Part shown: positions 51,950 to 64,000 of the stretch, in pieces
Position numbering within the stretch: the stretch's first letter is position 1
How the letters are laid out: every line of letters begins with the position of its first letter
Assembly (NCBI GenBank): GCA_015680685.1
Contig: MNCI01002485.1
Location: 1,203,624 to 1,267,623, forward strand
Reading direction: 5' to 3'
DNA length: 64,000 bases
Origin: Gnetum montanum
Taxonomy: Eukaryota > Plantae > Gnetophyta
Notes under the pieces: model-generated
Told to the model about the DNA's origin: nothing
The model's input: the letters and a program-made list of their open reading frames with translations, nothing else
Database searches by the model: none
Program-made: the position numbers and the translations under genes

Positions 51950-53045
51950 ATTATTGTACCTTGGTGTTGGTGGTAATTTCAATTTCCTCTTGAGGAAGAA
52001 CTTGTCCAAAGGATGAAGCACCTTGAACAAATGAAGTATCTTAAGTAGCCTCGATTTGTGCTCCTTTTGTTTGTGCACCTTGGATTAGTTCATTCTACAA
52101 CCTAGATTGCACTATCAAATACATAAAAAGACATATGAAAAAATAAGAATTCAAACTATATATATGTATATATAAATACCTCACTATTCCCTTTTTATTT
52201 GTGGCTTGTCGCAAAGCTAGTTGACCCCTCCTTGCACCCTCAATCTGATTTTGTATAATTCTATCGTCTTGAAGAAATTTTGGACATAGATAGGGATTGT
52301 AGCAACTAAAGAGTTTGGTGGAAGGGTTGAAACTTATTATTAAACACATTATCATTCATACACAAAATATAATATAAGGTTTCTTGGGATTTTGTAAAGT
52401 AGCAGCCACACCATTCATGGCATTGTACAAGGCAAAGAAACAAGATAATGACCAATCATAAACTCTACCATTCTTAGCACCATGAGGTATAAAAATGGAG
52501 TGGGAACTAACATGAGTTTGGTGTTGATGACATAATACCTTAGTATGGATGAATTGGCATAAATTAAAGTGAATTTCATTAATGAAATATTATGAAGAAA
52601 TTGACTTTTTTGGACAATAGAATCACAAACATAATTGGATAGTTTGTTTTTACAAAATGATTTAAACATAGGATAGAAAACCAAAACAAGTATCCTCCCC
52701 ATGGTGAAAACTAAAAACTATCTAGATTTTGGCTGGAGTCATTATTAGTGCTCCAAAAGCTAATTGTGAAATACAACTTCTATTTTTATTATATTGATTA
52801 CACCATTCAACTACAAAGCCTTTGCAATATTTTGCCTTGAAAAGTTGTAAGACAAGTAATCCAGATAATCCTGAAGTCTTAACATATTGAAACTCCTCCT
52901 TTTTTTAGCAAACTATGCACATAATTTTAAGTAGTAATGGCATTATTTTGATGTAAAAAATGGATACCAATCTGGAGCTACCTGAAGGAGCTACATGAGC
53001 TTGAGCATGAGGAGCTAGAGAAGACATTTGATGCTCTAGGGCCAT
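51950..53045 (-). pseudogene. Decayed accessory gene, PMD-like
   Basis: YVKTSGLSGLL..FVVEWCNQY..GALIMTPAKI.IVFSF.HG and GRVYDWS. Similar layout to the D antisense domain. Confidence 0.45.
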
Positions 53046-53517
53046 GATGTCAATTAGAATCCTTGATGTCACTTGTAGAAATTATACAATCCTTGAAAAA
53101 AGCTTCAATTTTTTATTTTTGTTGTGTTGTTATGGGTAAATACTTCTTTACTACATCTATTTATAAAAGAATAATAAGAACCGCAATAGGAGAAAATAGG
53201 AAGTACCAACTTAAGTTAATTAATTATTTAATAAAGCTAATGTTCAATTTTTATGATTTTGTGATTGATATGTCAATAAAAATGGCACTATCTCTAGTTG
53301 AATGTGTATTTCTCTTCTAGATGATTCCAATAGTACCACTTTTGTTGAAATCCAACTTACAATTTGGGAGATATGGCATTTCTTGGGTTCAATGCAATCT
53401 AAAATTTTGAAAAATAGATAAGTGCTTTTTAAAATTTAAAATTTAATTTTCTTAAATATATATAGTTAAATTAAATTGAAAAAAATAATATATATATATG
53501 CTATATATTTAGGGCAT

Positions 53518-53690
53518 GCAAGGACACACAACTCCAAGTAAGAAGGACTACACTAGCCCTATAGAGCCCTATAGAGCCACGTGGCCCCAAGTAAGAATGT
53601 GTTACCCCCAGGCAAGGACACACAACTCCAAGTAGGACTTCATTAGCCCCAAGCAAGGCCATGTAGCCCCAAGTAGGTTTGTGTTAGCCT
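53518..53690. repeat. 94-bp-period duplication with GCCCCAAGTA subrepeats
   Basis: GCAAGGACACACAACTCCAAGTA at 53518 and 53612. Confidence 0.85.
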
Positions 53691-53869
53691 TGGCCCTATG
53701 GACATGGTAACATCACCTACCATCACTCCGTTGTAGCTAGTCATGCTCCACTACAAGTTGCGTTCCACCACCAATCACGCTTCACTGCTGCTAGTTACCT
53801 TATGCTATTTGCATTGTCATTGCACACTACCTCTACATTGTCCCATGCTACCATCACCACTATCACACA

Positions 53870-54265
53870 CCATTGATGAATGCCAACAACACCATCTATA
53901 ATGGCCCATCATAGGCACTACAAACGTCAATGAAATTGCTCATAACAATCCATCATGGATACTAAGAACACTAACAATACTATTCATAAAGGCCCATCAT
54001 GGGAACTATAGGAACCAATGGTTCCATTCATAAAATCCCATCATGGGAACTAGAGGCACCAATAGTGTTGTTCATAATGGTCCATCATAGGCACTATGGG
54101 CACCACAGGCACCAACAATACCGTTAATAATGATCCATCGTAGGCATCATGGGCACTAATGGCTTCATTCATGATGGTCCATTCTAAGAACCACGAGTAC
54201 CAATGATTCCTTCCATAATGGCTCATCTTAGGCACTGATGATGCTACCAATAATAGTCCATTTTG
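53870..54265. repeat. 44-bp tandem array, 8-9 copies
   Basis: CCATCAT-like anchor at 53906, 53950, 53994, 54038, 54082, 54135, 54179 and 54223. Confidence 0.92.
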
Positions 54266-54793
54266 GGATCCTCTACTACCAAAAACCTTAGAAACCTCAT
54301 CCAATGCCACTTGTCACATGACCCTTGCGAAGGCCACATGGACCCTTTTGCTAGCTATGCAATTCACTCTTGGGCCATGCTAGCAAAACGTAGGGCACAT
54401 AATCCTCATTTGGGACCACTGTAGTAGAAAACAATGTCATCACTAAACAATCTACACCACACCATCACCTACCATCAATGCTCACTATTGCTACCATGCT
54501 TCCTCCTACCCATTGTCGCTACCACCCTACATCACCTATTGCTACCCTTATGTGCATCCTTTGCCTTGTTGCTCTACCTTACTCTACCACCAGTCTACCA
54601 CCATGGCCATTATTTCGATCATCCCTATTGCCACATGATAGGAAAATTCTACGATAACAAACTAAAATTTTGAAATTTCTATCAAATTGATGGAACACTT
54701 AAAATTCTTGCCATTGAGCTATTAATTTAAATTGAAAATGCACAAAAATAAAATTTAAAAACTGAATTTAGTGCCTTAGTAGAAAATTAGATA

Positions 54794-54858
54794 AAAATTC
54801 TATAATTAAGCATGCTCATCCTAGAGTACAACTAGGATGGGTGACCTCTTGGAAAGTT
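54794..54858 (+). promoter_or_regulatory. 5S rRNA-derived internal control region (box A, IE, box C), Cassandra-like
   Basis: AATTAAGCATGC..GAGTAC.ACTAGGATGGGTGACCTCTTGGAAAGT against plant 5S AGTTAAGCGTGC..GAGTAGTACTAGGATGGGTGACCTCCTGGGAAGT. Confidence 0.85.
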
Positions 54859-55189
54859 TTTAAATTCATGTAAGTTTTTGCAACTTAAAACAATCATAAT
54901 TTTTGATTTTGAAGTCTATTTTCAACCAAACAAAAACCAATTCTAATAGAATTAAACTTTTCAAATGTAATGGAATGATCAAATTTAGCCTTCAGAAAAT
55001 ATAAAATTATCTTTTAATTCCTTACTTAAGGTCCCAAAAAAATTAGGATTCTATGGTTGAGTAGAGATTCATGATAGTTTCAAATTTTTTTGGAACCAAT
55101 TAACCATCTCAAGACCCATAGAAAGGGCCATAAAGGCCAGGGATTTTCAACACACTTCAATTCCTTAACTTACTAATGTCCAAAACCCA

Positions 55190-58100
55190 AAGAGTACATT
55201 GGAGAGTGATGGAGACCTGAGTTAATGATCATATGAATGTCCTTGAGGATCAAATTTATGAGATTAAAAGTATGCAAGAAGAGATTCATCAATCAAATTA
55301 GAGGTTTAGGATAGAGATGTAGAACATGTTTGAAGAAATTAGAAAATTATCTAAGAGTTCAAAGGATAATTGTTTAGATGTGCAAGGAAAAATAGATTCT
55401 TTTGCAGATTCTATCAAGCAATTAACCAACCATCTCACCTAGCCTTCCAATCCCAATCATGTTCAACCTAGGGATTAACAACAAGATTAATTTCCACATT
55501 ATAAAGATTAAATCAAGATCAACTTTCCCCTAGGGATCTGCATTAGAACCAACCCTCACTTGCTAGTCACACTAATATTCCTTCTTTAGGTCATAGAGTA
55601 GAAACTGAATGTAAGGGATATGGGAACTAGCATAATGCACCTAGAGAATCACTAACTCAAGTTCATGCCAAAAAGATAAAGTTAGATCATTATGATGGAG
55701 CCCCTGGATCTATTTCTAGGGTGAAATATTGGCTTGATACAATGAAAAACTATTTTGATATGTTGAATCTATCAAATCAAGAACACTTAGAAGTTTTCTT
55801 CCTATATTTAAGAGGTTTTGTGGTCACATGGTGGAATGGACTAAGATCTCAAGGTTTGATTAAAAACTGGCTTAATTTTTGTCAATATTTTGAGACAAAA
55901 ATTTGTACCATATTCTTTCCTCAAAGAATGCAAGATGAGATTTGATTCTCTAAGATTGGAAAGACAATTCATATAAGATTATTAGAATGAATTCTATGAC
56001 CTAGCTTAATATGTAAGCCACTAGGATGAGGGAGAATTAGCTTCAAAGTTCATTGATGGATTACATGCATAACTATGTCCCCAAACACAAGCACATAATC
56101 CTCAAATCATTGATGAAGCATATAGAATTACTAAGGATTATGAAAAATTGAATCAAGTACGAATAACTCTTCGACAAGTAGAAATAGAAGAAACACTAAC
56201 CAAAAGAGCTCACTTAAGGTTGGGATGTTTTCTTTGTGATGAATATCATTTCAAACAAGATCATCCAAAATTTCAAGCAAAGGTACAAAGGACCAATCAA
56301 ACCAAGAATTAAAAATCCAACCCAAACATGAACAAAGGAAAAATCCAAACCACTACCATAGTCATAAAGAAGATTTCTGCATCAACTAAGTTAGGTTTCC
56401 ATAAAATTCAGTTTTCTTTATTGGTTTTTGAAGGTTGAATTAAAGGTAAAAAATTAAATTTTTGATTAATAGTGGCACCAGGGATAACTTTATTTCTCCA
56501 AAGTTAATTACTTTATTAAAATTAAGTTTACCTTCTAAGAAAATTATTAAGATAGAGCTTGCAGATGGAACAACTGTAAGCAAGCATAACAAGTACAAAG
56601 AAATTACCTTTACATTGCAAGACATGTATTTCATTGATGAATTTTTTGAATTTGAATTAGGTGATGTTGATGTGATTTTAGGAATCCAAAAATTGATATA
56701 ACTACCCACTATGGAACTCGTATTTTAAAAGTCCCAACCATTTATGGAGTTAAGATTCTAAGGGGGGTAGTTAAAACAAAGAAAATTCACACGATAACCA
56801 TTAAGCAAGCTAAAAGATTAGTCAAAAAGGATGCTACAATTTTGGTTGTCAATTGAGATTCCAAAAGAACTTGAGGAATATAAAGATTCAATATTTGGTG
56901 AAACTAGAGAATGCCTCCAAAAAGAACTATTGATCATGCTATTAATATTTTTCTTGGTACACAACCTATTTCAAAATCCCATTATAGACTTTCCACTTTT
57001 GAATTAAGAGAATTGAAAGTACAATTAGATCAACTATTTCAACAAGGGAAAATTCAACCTAGCATATCACCTTGGGGTGCACCAATCTTATTCATTAAGA
57101 AAAAAGATGGTACATTAAGATTATGTATTGATTATAGGACATTAAATAAAGCAATAATTAAAAATACTTATCATTTTCCTAGAATCGATGATTTTTTTGA
57201 TCAACTTTTGGCCACATGTTATTTTTGAAAAATCGATTTAAAATCAAGTTATCACCAAATAAGGATTAAGGAAANAGATTTAAAATCAAGTTATCACCAA
57301 ATAAGGATTAAGGAAAAAGATATTGAGAAAACTGCATTTAGAACTAGATACAAATTATATGAATTTGTGGTGATGCCATTTGGATTAACCAATGCACCTA
57401 CAACATTTATGGAATTAAGGAATAATATCTTTCATTAATATCTTGATCAATTTATGATAGTATTTATGGATGATATACTTGTTTATTCTAAGTCAAGAGA
57501 AGAACATGTTAAACATTTGAAAATTACAATTGAAATTCTTAAAGAGCATCAATTGAAAGCAAAATTGAGTAAATGTAAGCTCTTTAAAGAATAAGTCTCT
57601 TATTTAGGCCATATATCTTCTAAAAAATAATTGCAAGTAGATTTAGAAAAAAATAGTGCAATTTGGGACTAACTTGAATTAAAAGATGTTATAGTAGTTT
57701 GCAGTTTTCTAAACTTAGTAATTTTTTATCGACGTTTCATTAAAGATTATCTACTTTAGTAGCCCCCTTGACTGATCTTTTGTAGGAAAAGCATGTGTTC
57801 AAGTTTGATGAAAAATGTAGATAATCTTTCCTTAGATTAAAGAGACTACTCATAACAACACCTATTATGAGAATTCTGAATGCAGAATTACCATTTGAAG
57901 TATCTACAAATGCCTATGATATAGGAATCAATGTAGTTCTATCACAAGAAGAAAAAGTGATATGTTATGAATCTCATAAATTATGAGGAGATGAGGTAAA
58001 TTAGTCAACCCATGATTTAGAATTACTCACAATTTTTCATGCTTTAAAATTTTGGAGACATTATCTTTGTGGAAAAAGGTTTCTACTAAAAACATATCAT

Positions 58101-59690
58101 AAAAATTTAGACTATTTGCAAAGAAAACCTATTTTAAATACTAGACAATGATGATGAGTAGAATTGTTGGGTAAATATGATTTTGAAATCAAATATATTC
58201 CCAAAAAACAAAATGTAGTAGCTAATGCCCTTAGTTGAATGTGAAACTTGATGATAGGTGCGGTAACAATCCCTATGGAAGACGAAATTAAGGAACAAAT
58301 AAAAGAAGATCCTTATTTTAAGAATATTTTAACTAATATTTCTTCTAAGCCTCAATATCAACTTGCCTCTAATGATTTATTAATGAAAGGACAAAGAGTA
58401 TGTATACCATAGGGAAATTGGAGACTTAGGCTATTGCGTGAAGCACATGAAATACCATATGTAGGATACCCAAGTTATATTAAGACTTATATGATGATAC
58501 ACAAATCTTGTTTTTGGTTTAGAATGAAGAATGATGTATCCTTGGGCATTAAAAATTTTTCAATATGCCAAACAATGAAAGCTGAACAAAAGAAACCTAA
58601 TGGATTATTATAGCCTTTGGAAGTCCCAACCTAGAAATGAAAAAATGTTACCATGGATTTCATTGTGGGATTGCCAATAACAAAAAAAGGAAATGACTCA
58701 ATCTATGTAGTGGTTGATCATTTATCAAAGATGGCACATTTTATAACCTTGAAATCTACAAACATAGCCAAAGAACTAGCCCAAAAATTTGTACAAGAAG
58801 TATTTTGGTTAGATGGATGTTCAAAATCTATCACTTCAAATCAAGATCCCAAGTTCATATCTGAATTTTGGCAAAATTTCTTCAAGGAACCTAGAACCCA
58901 ATTAAAATTTAGCACAGCTTATCACCCAGAGATAAATGGACAAACTAAATGTATGAATTGAATATTAGAAGATATTATATGAAGCTATGTTGGGAGTTGA
59001 CCAAAGAAATGGGAGAATTATTTGCACCTGGCAGAATTTTCCTATAACAATAACTATTAAGGTTCCATACATCAAACACCATTCGAAGTAGTATATAGAC
59101 ATAACTATCATACACTACTAACTTGGGAAAATCCAACCTTAAGAGTAGAATGAAAGGAAGAAGAAATGAAGATAATGGAAAATATTATTACAATAGTTAA
59201 ACAAAATTTACAAGCTACCCCAAGATAAATATAAGGATTATGCAGATCAACATCAACTTAAGAAAGAATTCTAAGTGGGAGATCAAGTATTACTAAGAGT
59301 AAAATCCACCAAAAGTTCTCTTAAACTTGGAAAATATACAAAAGTCACACCCAAATATTGTGGGCCCTTTGAAATTTCTGAAAGAATTGATGAAGTGACA
59401 TATTGGTTAAATCTTCCAACAACTTTAAGAATTCACCAACTTTCCATGTACATTTGATAAAGAAATTTCATGCAAATGATGTGCCATATGTGTGAGATTG
59501 AAATACCTTGTCATTGCAATCCAACACTAGCTTTGAAGTTAAACCCATTACAATTAAGAACCATCAAACCAAGAAGCTACAAAATAAAATTATTAGTGAA
59601 GTTATTATTTAATGGTCAAATTATGATCAACAAACTTGGGAGAACAAGGAGTTTATTTTTCACACTTGCCCCCAACTTTTTGATCATCAT
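55190..59690 (+). pseudogene. gag-pol: E gag-pol with chromodomain
   Basis: CFLCDEYHFKQDHP knuckle; LINSGTRDNFI; [24 protein letters not shown]; FMDDILVYS; MDFIVGLP; STAYHPEING; PKYCGPF; WSNYDQQTWE. Confidence 0.92.
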
Positions 59691-59885
59691 GATATTGAAT
59701 GATATATCATATTTATAATTGATGTAATAAATTATATTTTATAAGTGTTGATATTTTGTTTGTATAGAGGATAATAAGGATAATAAAGAAGCTAAAGTTG
59801 AGGAGTATAATGATGAAGCAACAACTATGTCGCTGGACATAGATGAAGTGCTCAAGGACAAGTTGGATGCTTAAGAGGGGTAGAT

Positions 59886-60404
59886 TGTAATGTCCCATCC
59901 CTTGTTGAGACCATAAAAATATTGTAAAAGTGTAATTAACCTTCAAATGAAGGGATGTCTCATTATGAGTAGTTATGATTATTCATGTATCCATTGGGAA
60001 TGGGTTTAACCTAGGCCATTTAAGGCTAGGTTTAAAGGTCATGTCAAGCATGGAGTTGTGGAGCCTAGATTGACAAGTGATGAGAGTCAAATGAAGTGGG
60101 ACAAGAAGGGACTGATCACCTCTTTGGCTGGGTAGCCTAACTGTGGTGGGAGTGTTGGATTTCCTTTAAGGCCTAAGTGGGATGGGAAGATAACCTAGAG
60201 GGTTTTACAGTAAACCACTCTTATTAATAAATTTTTTATTTCTATTTTCTTTTCTATTCTATGTACTAGTTATTAACTTACCAATTATTTCTTTATTAAA
60301 TTAATTTATGATATTTTTGTTATATTACTTACAAATGTGATGAATGTGATGAATTAAGCAATGAACAATCATATTTTTAAGACATCTAAGAATGAGATGT
60401 CACA
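59886..60404 (+). repeat. E 3' LTR (519 bp)
   Basis: TG...CA ends with imperfect inverted termini, preceded by a PPT. Confidence 0.8.
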
Positions 60405-61944
60405 CCAATGACATAGATGGAAAATTCATGTTTAACATACTTTATTATTTATTCAAAAAATAAGTACATGGCTCAAATATTCAAGTAAATAAGGATTCTA
60501 TTTTACAAAAATACAAAATATATAGAATTGATCCATCTTTCATCCTATGTCTCTCTTTTGACACTTCCTTATCTATTATGAGTTCTCTACATCAAAATGT
60601 AGAAGTCAAAACTCTTTAAATAAGAAAATTTACTTCATTTCCCTCTTCATGGAGCATAAAGGTTCTAGGCCAAAAGTCTCAGGTTATGAACTAGGTAAAG
60701 GTTTCTAAGTAAAATATGAGAAAATGTCGCAAGGTCCAAAAATGTCACAAATTTTTTTGAAATCTAAATAAAATCCAAATATCCAAAGCAAATATTTCTA
60801 TTCTAATTATTTAATCCTGTAATGTCCAAAGCTATTATAAATTCTCCAGTAAAATCAAAAAAATGTATTTTAATTAAGTGTCTCCAAAGGCGAGGTCTCG
60901 ATTACCCTCACTACCAAAGGAACTCACCAACAATTCTTGGAATAATCTCACTTGATCCCAAATAAGTCACTCATGGCCAAGTCTTGGTGATAGGCTTGCT
61001 ACTAATATCCTTAACGGTTTAGGAACATGTATCATTAAAAAGATAGATCTTAACTACACCTCACTACACACCACTAGACTCAACTTCTTAGCACCATGAT
61101 CTTGGCTAAATCCATAGTCTCACGTGAACTTACAAATCAAAATCCAAGGTAGGAAATCCATTTAACCTTTTTCCTATGGGATGGGTCCCACTAAAGAACA
61201 CTTCACTTCTACATGTAAATAGGGGCATCTAAAAGATTTGTAGCTCCTCCTACCAACTAAATAAAATTAGTTATAAAATATTATGATTTTATTCGAAATG
61301 TCCAAAAGGTGCCCAAAATGGCAAAAAATTCATAAAAACTCATATTCCAAAAAATTCTTGCAAAATCAAGTTTATGTCATGAGCAGATCCCAAATATTCA
61401 TAAAACATTAAGGGGTAAGTTGGGCATAATTTCTAAAGTTTCCAAAACTTACCAAAAGACCAAAAAAAGGTATGAACAAGATTAAAATATTATTTTTTAA
61501 TGCTCAAAATTACAAAAATTTGCTAGCAGCTCAGCATATTAATTAAATTAACAAAGAAAAAAGAAGTAAAGAGGAAAGATGGAGAACCCATAGCAATATG
61601 GGGTAGCCATGTAAAAGAAAAGTGAAATAAACTTCCTTACTTGTGTTGGTAGGGCTTCTAGAATTTTCTTGTCTTCCTTTCTCATCTAATGCTCTCAACT
61701 GATTTTTTCTTTGCTTAGCCTATCACACCTGAAACCCTTTTTCAAAATATGACAAGATATATCTAGGACTACTACCTATTTATAAGAGGAAAAACAAAAG
61801 AAACTAGACCCAAATCAACTTCAAAACAAAGAAGAAATAACAAAAAATATCTTTGTGGAAAAACATGATAGAACATTGGTTTGGAAAAATAGTGGTTGCA
61901 AAACAGAACATAGAAAATGTAGCAAAAAACCAACAGCTAAGAGG
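60405..61944 (-). repeat. C 5' LTR, segment 2 (truncated)
   Basis: Resumes after the E LTR. Homologous to 13134-13437 and 36225-36710; homology stops at CTAAGAGG. Confidence 0.8.
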
Positions 61945-62110
61945 TGGTGAAAGAAAATGTGTTCATCTATGAACAAGACAAGAGCTTAAATGAGAAGCCA
62001 TGTATGTTGCTTCATCCAATGGAGATTCCAGAGTTGTCATGGATAATAATCTCCATCGATTTCATCACAGGACTTCCCATAGTACAAGGATATTCTAGCA
62101 TCCTTGTGTT
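61945..62110 (+). pseudogene. Isolated gypsy integrase fragment
   Basis: LLHPMEIPELSWIIISIDFITGLPIVQGYSSILV. Confidence 0.8.
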
Positions 62111-63606
62111 GGCACATTTGGCCATTTCATGGAATATCAAGAGTAGATACTAGAAAAGGCAACTTGTAAAACAATGTATGGTTGAAAATTTAGAAATAAA
62201 CATGTGGCTTTAAGGTTATGGGTTGATGGATGTTTTGGAGAAGTTATTCACTATTAAATAAAATGATGTTAAGACCTTCTTAGAATACAAAATTAAAGTG
62301 CCAAATTATTCCTGAGGAAACATGGTTATATAAAGACAACGACATGTACAGAGAGCTATATTATAAGGAAAGGCACAATTCAAGTTTACACTAGGTAAAA
62401 TATGCACAAAACATTGATCTAAAGGCCAACAGTGGAGATTAAAACTTTAAAATATGAAAAGGACATTCCACAGACCAAAACGTGTCAAGATTGTGCAGAA
62501 TATATTTTCTAATAATATATAATTCAAAGATTTGTGGGACAGAGCTCTTCGGTCTGAAGAGGTTTGGAGATGCTGGAGAATATCAAAGTGGAGAAGGTCA
62601 GATGCACCATTTCCACCATTCATGTCAACTGTAGTGGGCTGATCAACCTGCTGGTTGAAACACTAACACCGCTGGTCATAGGGTTGGGCCATAGGAGTTC
62701 CAGGAGATGATCGAGTAGCTGTTTGTGCTCAATGGCATGCTAAATCTTGCTGATTTTATTCTTGTGCTTGAGTTGTTTGATATTCAGGGTTATGTCTGCT
62801 GCATAAAAAAAGGTGAGCCAGAAACTGAACGTACACGTGGGCAAGGTAATGGATGAACACCGAAAGCGTATGCAGAGCACAGAAAGGTACACTTCTCAAG
62901 ATCTAGTGTATGTTCTTTTGCAACTAGCAGATGATCCACAAATTGGTCTCAGCCAGACAAGGGTAAAGGTGTACACGTAGGAAATCATCACCAGTGGAAC
63001 TGAGCTCTGAAACTCTCATGAAATATGGGCTCACAGAGTTTCTCTGAAGCCCCATGTCAATAGAATGAGCCAAAGTGGAACTTGATTCAGTAGTAAGGCA
63101 TATTCAATGGAATTGTGAAAGAAACAACGCATCTACATCCAGTGGCATTGTTGCTAGTTATACACTTAACCATGGAGACCTGCACCATTAACGGTTACCA
63201 TTCTGGTGGCTGCTAAAATTGAGATTAATGTTTGTTGATGAAGATGAGGGTAGCATTAACATGTAACCTCCTTCGATTCAAACAAGCCATAGCCGATGCC
63301 ACTACCAATGCTTGCTGTTTTGATGGTACCGTTAGTAAAAATGGAGACGACATTGTTCTAGATGTCAAACGCAGCTACAACCACTTGTTTTTCTATTTAA
63401 AATAATATGAGAAAATCAAGGAAGAAGGGATGAAGAAACAGAGGACAGAACCATCGTAAGCTCTGCATCAATGATACCTTGGGTTTCACAATGGCAAGTG
63501 TTGTAGATTATGGATATGACTATTTTAAGAAAGGTTCCCTTAACCATTGTCCAAAACTATAACATAGAAAAATTAAATTAAAATTAATTAATTTAGACAT
63601 GCATAG

Positions 63607-64000
63607 TGTTAGATATACATATTGCATTGAGAAAGGAAAAGAAATTTTTGGGGATATTTTTGGGATATTTTTGTAACTAAAAAGGGACATTTAGTTAGTA
63701 TCCATTTTATTCCTAAATTCTATGATAATTTTAGCTAATGTTAAATTACAAAAAACACATGCCAATGTTAGCATGATTTTCTCCAAACTTTATGTATAAG
63801 TTACAACTTCCTAACTTGTTGGGCAAGTAATATCTCCTAACTTGTTGGGCAAGTCATAACTTCCTTACTTGGGAGAGAAGTTAGCAAAGATATTTTGGAA
63901 TATCTAACTACCTTTGAACCCTATAAAAAGGCTTCAAGGGTTAGAAGGAAAAAAAGACTACTAGCTCTCACTTGGAAACACACTTTGGGTCTTGGGAAGA
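63607..64000 (+). repeat. Probable start of another LTR, running off the right edge
   Basis: TGTTAGATA start, ~25-bp tandem CCTAACTTGTTGGGCAAGT repeats, and CTATAAAAAGG near 63921. Confidence 0.5.

Larger units (their letters stand above)
51900..55152. mobile_element. Fragment G: unassigned TE remnant (minus-strand PMD-like gene remnant, tandem arrays, 5S-like box, possible LTR-type end GGATTTTCAACA)
   Basis: Not homologous to the C or E LTRs. Coding remnant at ~51950-53045 with a minus-strand TATA near 53157-53165. Confidence 0.45.
55153..60404 (+). mobile_element. Element E: chromoviral Ty3/gypsy element lacking its 5' LTR and PBS
   Basis: gag-pol, PPT AAGAGGGGTAGAT and 3' LTR TGTAATGTCCC...GATGTCACA. 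The C LTR resumes immediately after. Confidence 0.85.
12640..61944 (-). mobile_element. Element C: old chromoviral (Tekay/Del-like) Ty3/gypsy element hosting D, the LINE, B, G and E; right LTR truncated
   Basis: LTR segments match: 12640-13060 with 51482-51900, 13134-13437 with 60407-60670, and 36225-36710 with 61424-61944. Met PBS at 51466-51477. PPT at 37817-37830. Order gag-PR-RT-RH-INT-chromodomain (QEATWEIEVDMRKIFPHIF). Confidence 0.85.

Noticed and set aside
54794-54858. Functional 5S rRNA gene
   Set aside because: Only the internal control region matches; the 5' ~40 nt and the 3' end of 5S are missing.
53343-55152. Solo LTR with TGTTGAAATCC...GGATTTTCAACA ends and a CACTT TSD
   Set aside because: The TSD is off by one base and the left flank looks continuous across 53343, so this may be chance. 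Only the right end is kept as a tentative boundary.
57235-57316. Exact 40-bp tandem duplication in E's RT
   Set aside because: The two copies flank the N at 57275, so this is most likely a contig-overlap assembly artefact.

Overview
The window is about 97% nested, decayed plant retrotransposon sequence with strong CG/CHG loss. It contains no intact host gene. Left to right: (F) a minus-strand Sirevirus-like copia remnant with no visible pol (1..11803), split by (A) a complete non-autonomous Athila-like element (725..8113, TSD CCTAT). Next is an old minus-strand chromoviral Ty3/gypsy element, C (12640..~61944), expanded to about 49 kb by nested insertions. These are (D) a 19.7-kb Tat/Ogre-type element (13438..33101, TSD TAGGC), a 5'-truncated L1 LINE (~33110..36225), (B) a full-length Athila-like element in C's RT (40215..49887), (G) an unassigned fragment with a 44-bp array and a 5S-rRNA-derived box (~51900..55152), and (E) a 5'-truncated chromovirus (~55153..60404). 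The most unusual object is D. Its protease and RT are separated by a predicted ~6-kb intron that holds an antisense multi-exon accessory gene. A GACCTTAAACTAGC-type motif lies in three clusters: the intron start, the intron end and after integrase. One inverted copy near the splice donor is perfectly complementary to copies near the acceptor and in the 3' UTR, which suggests a docking/selector RNA-pairing or protein-binding system. All identities were judged by eye; no alignment or search was run.
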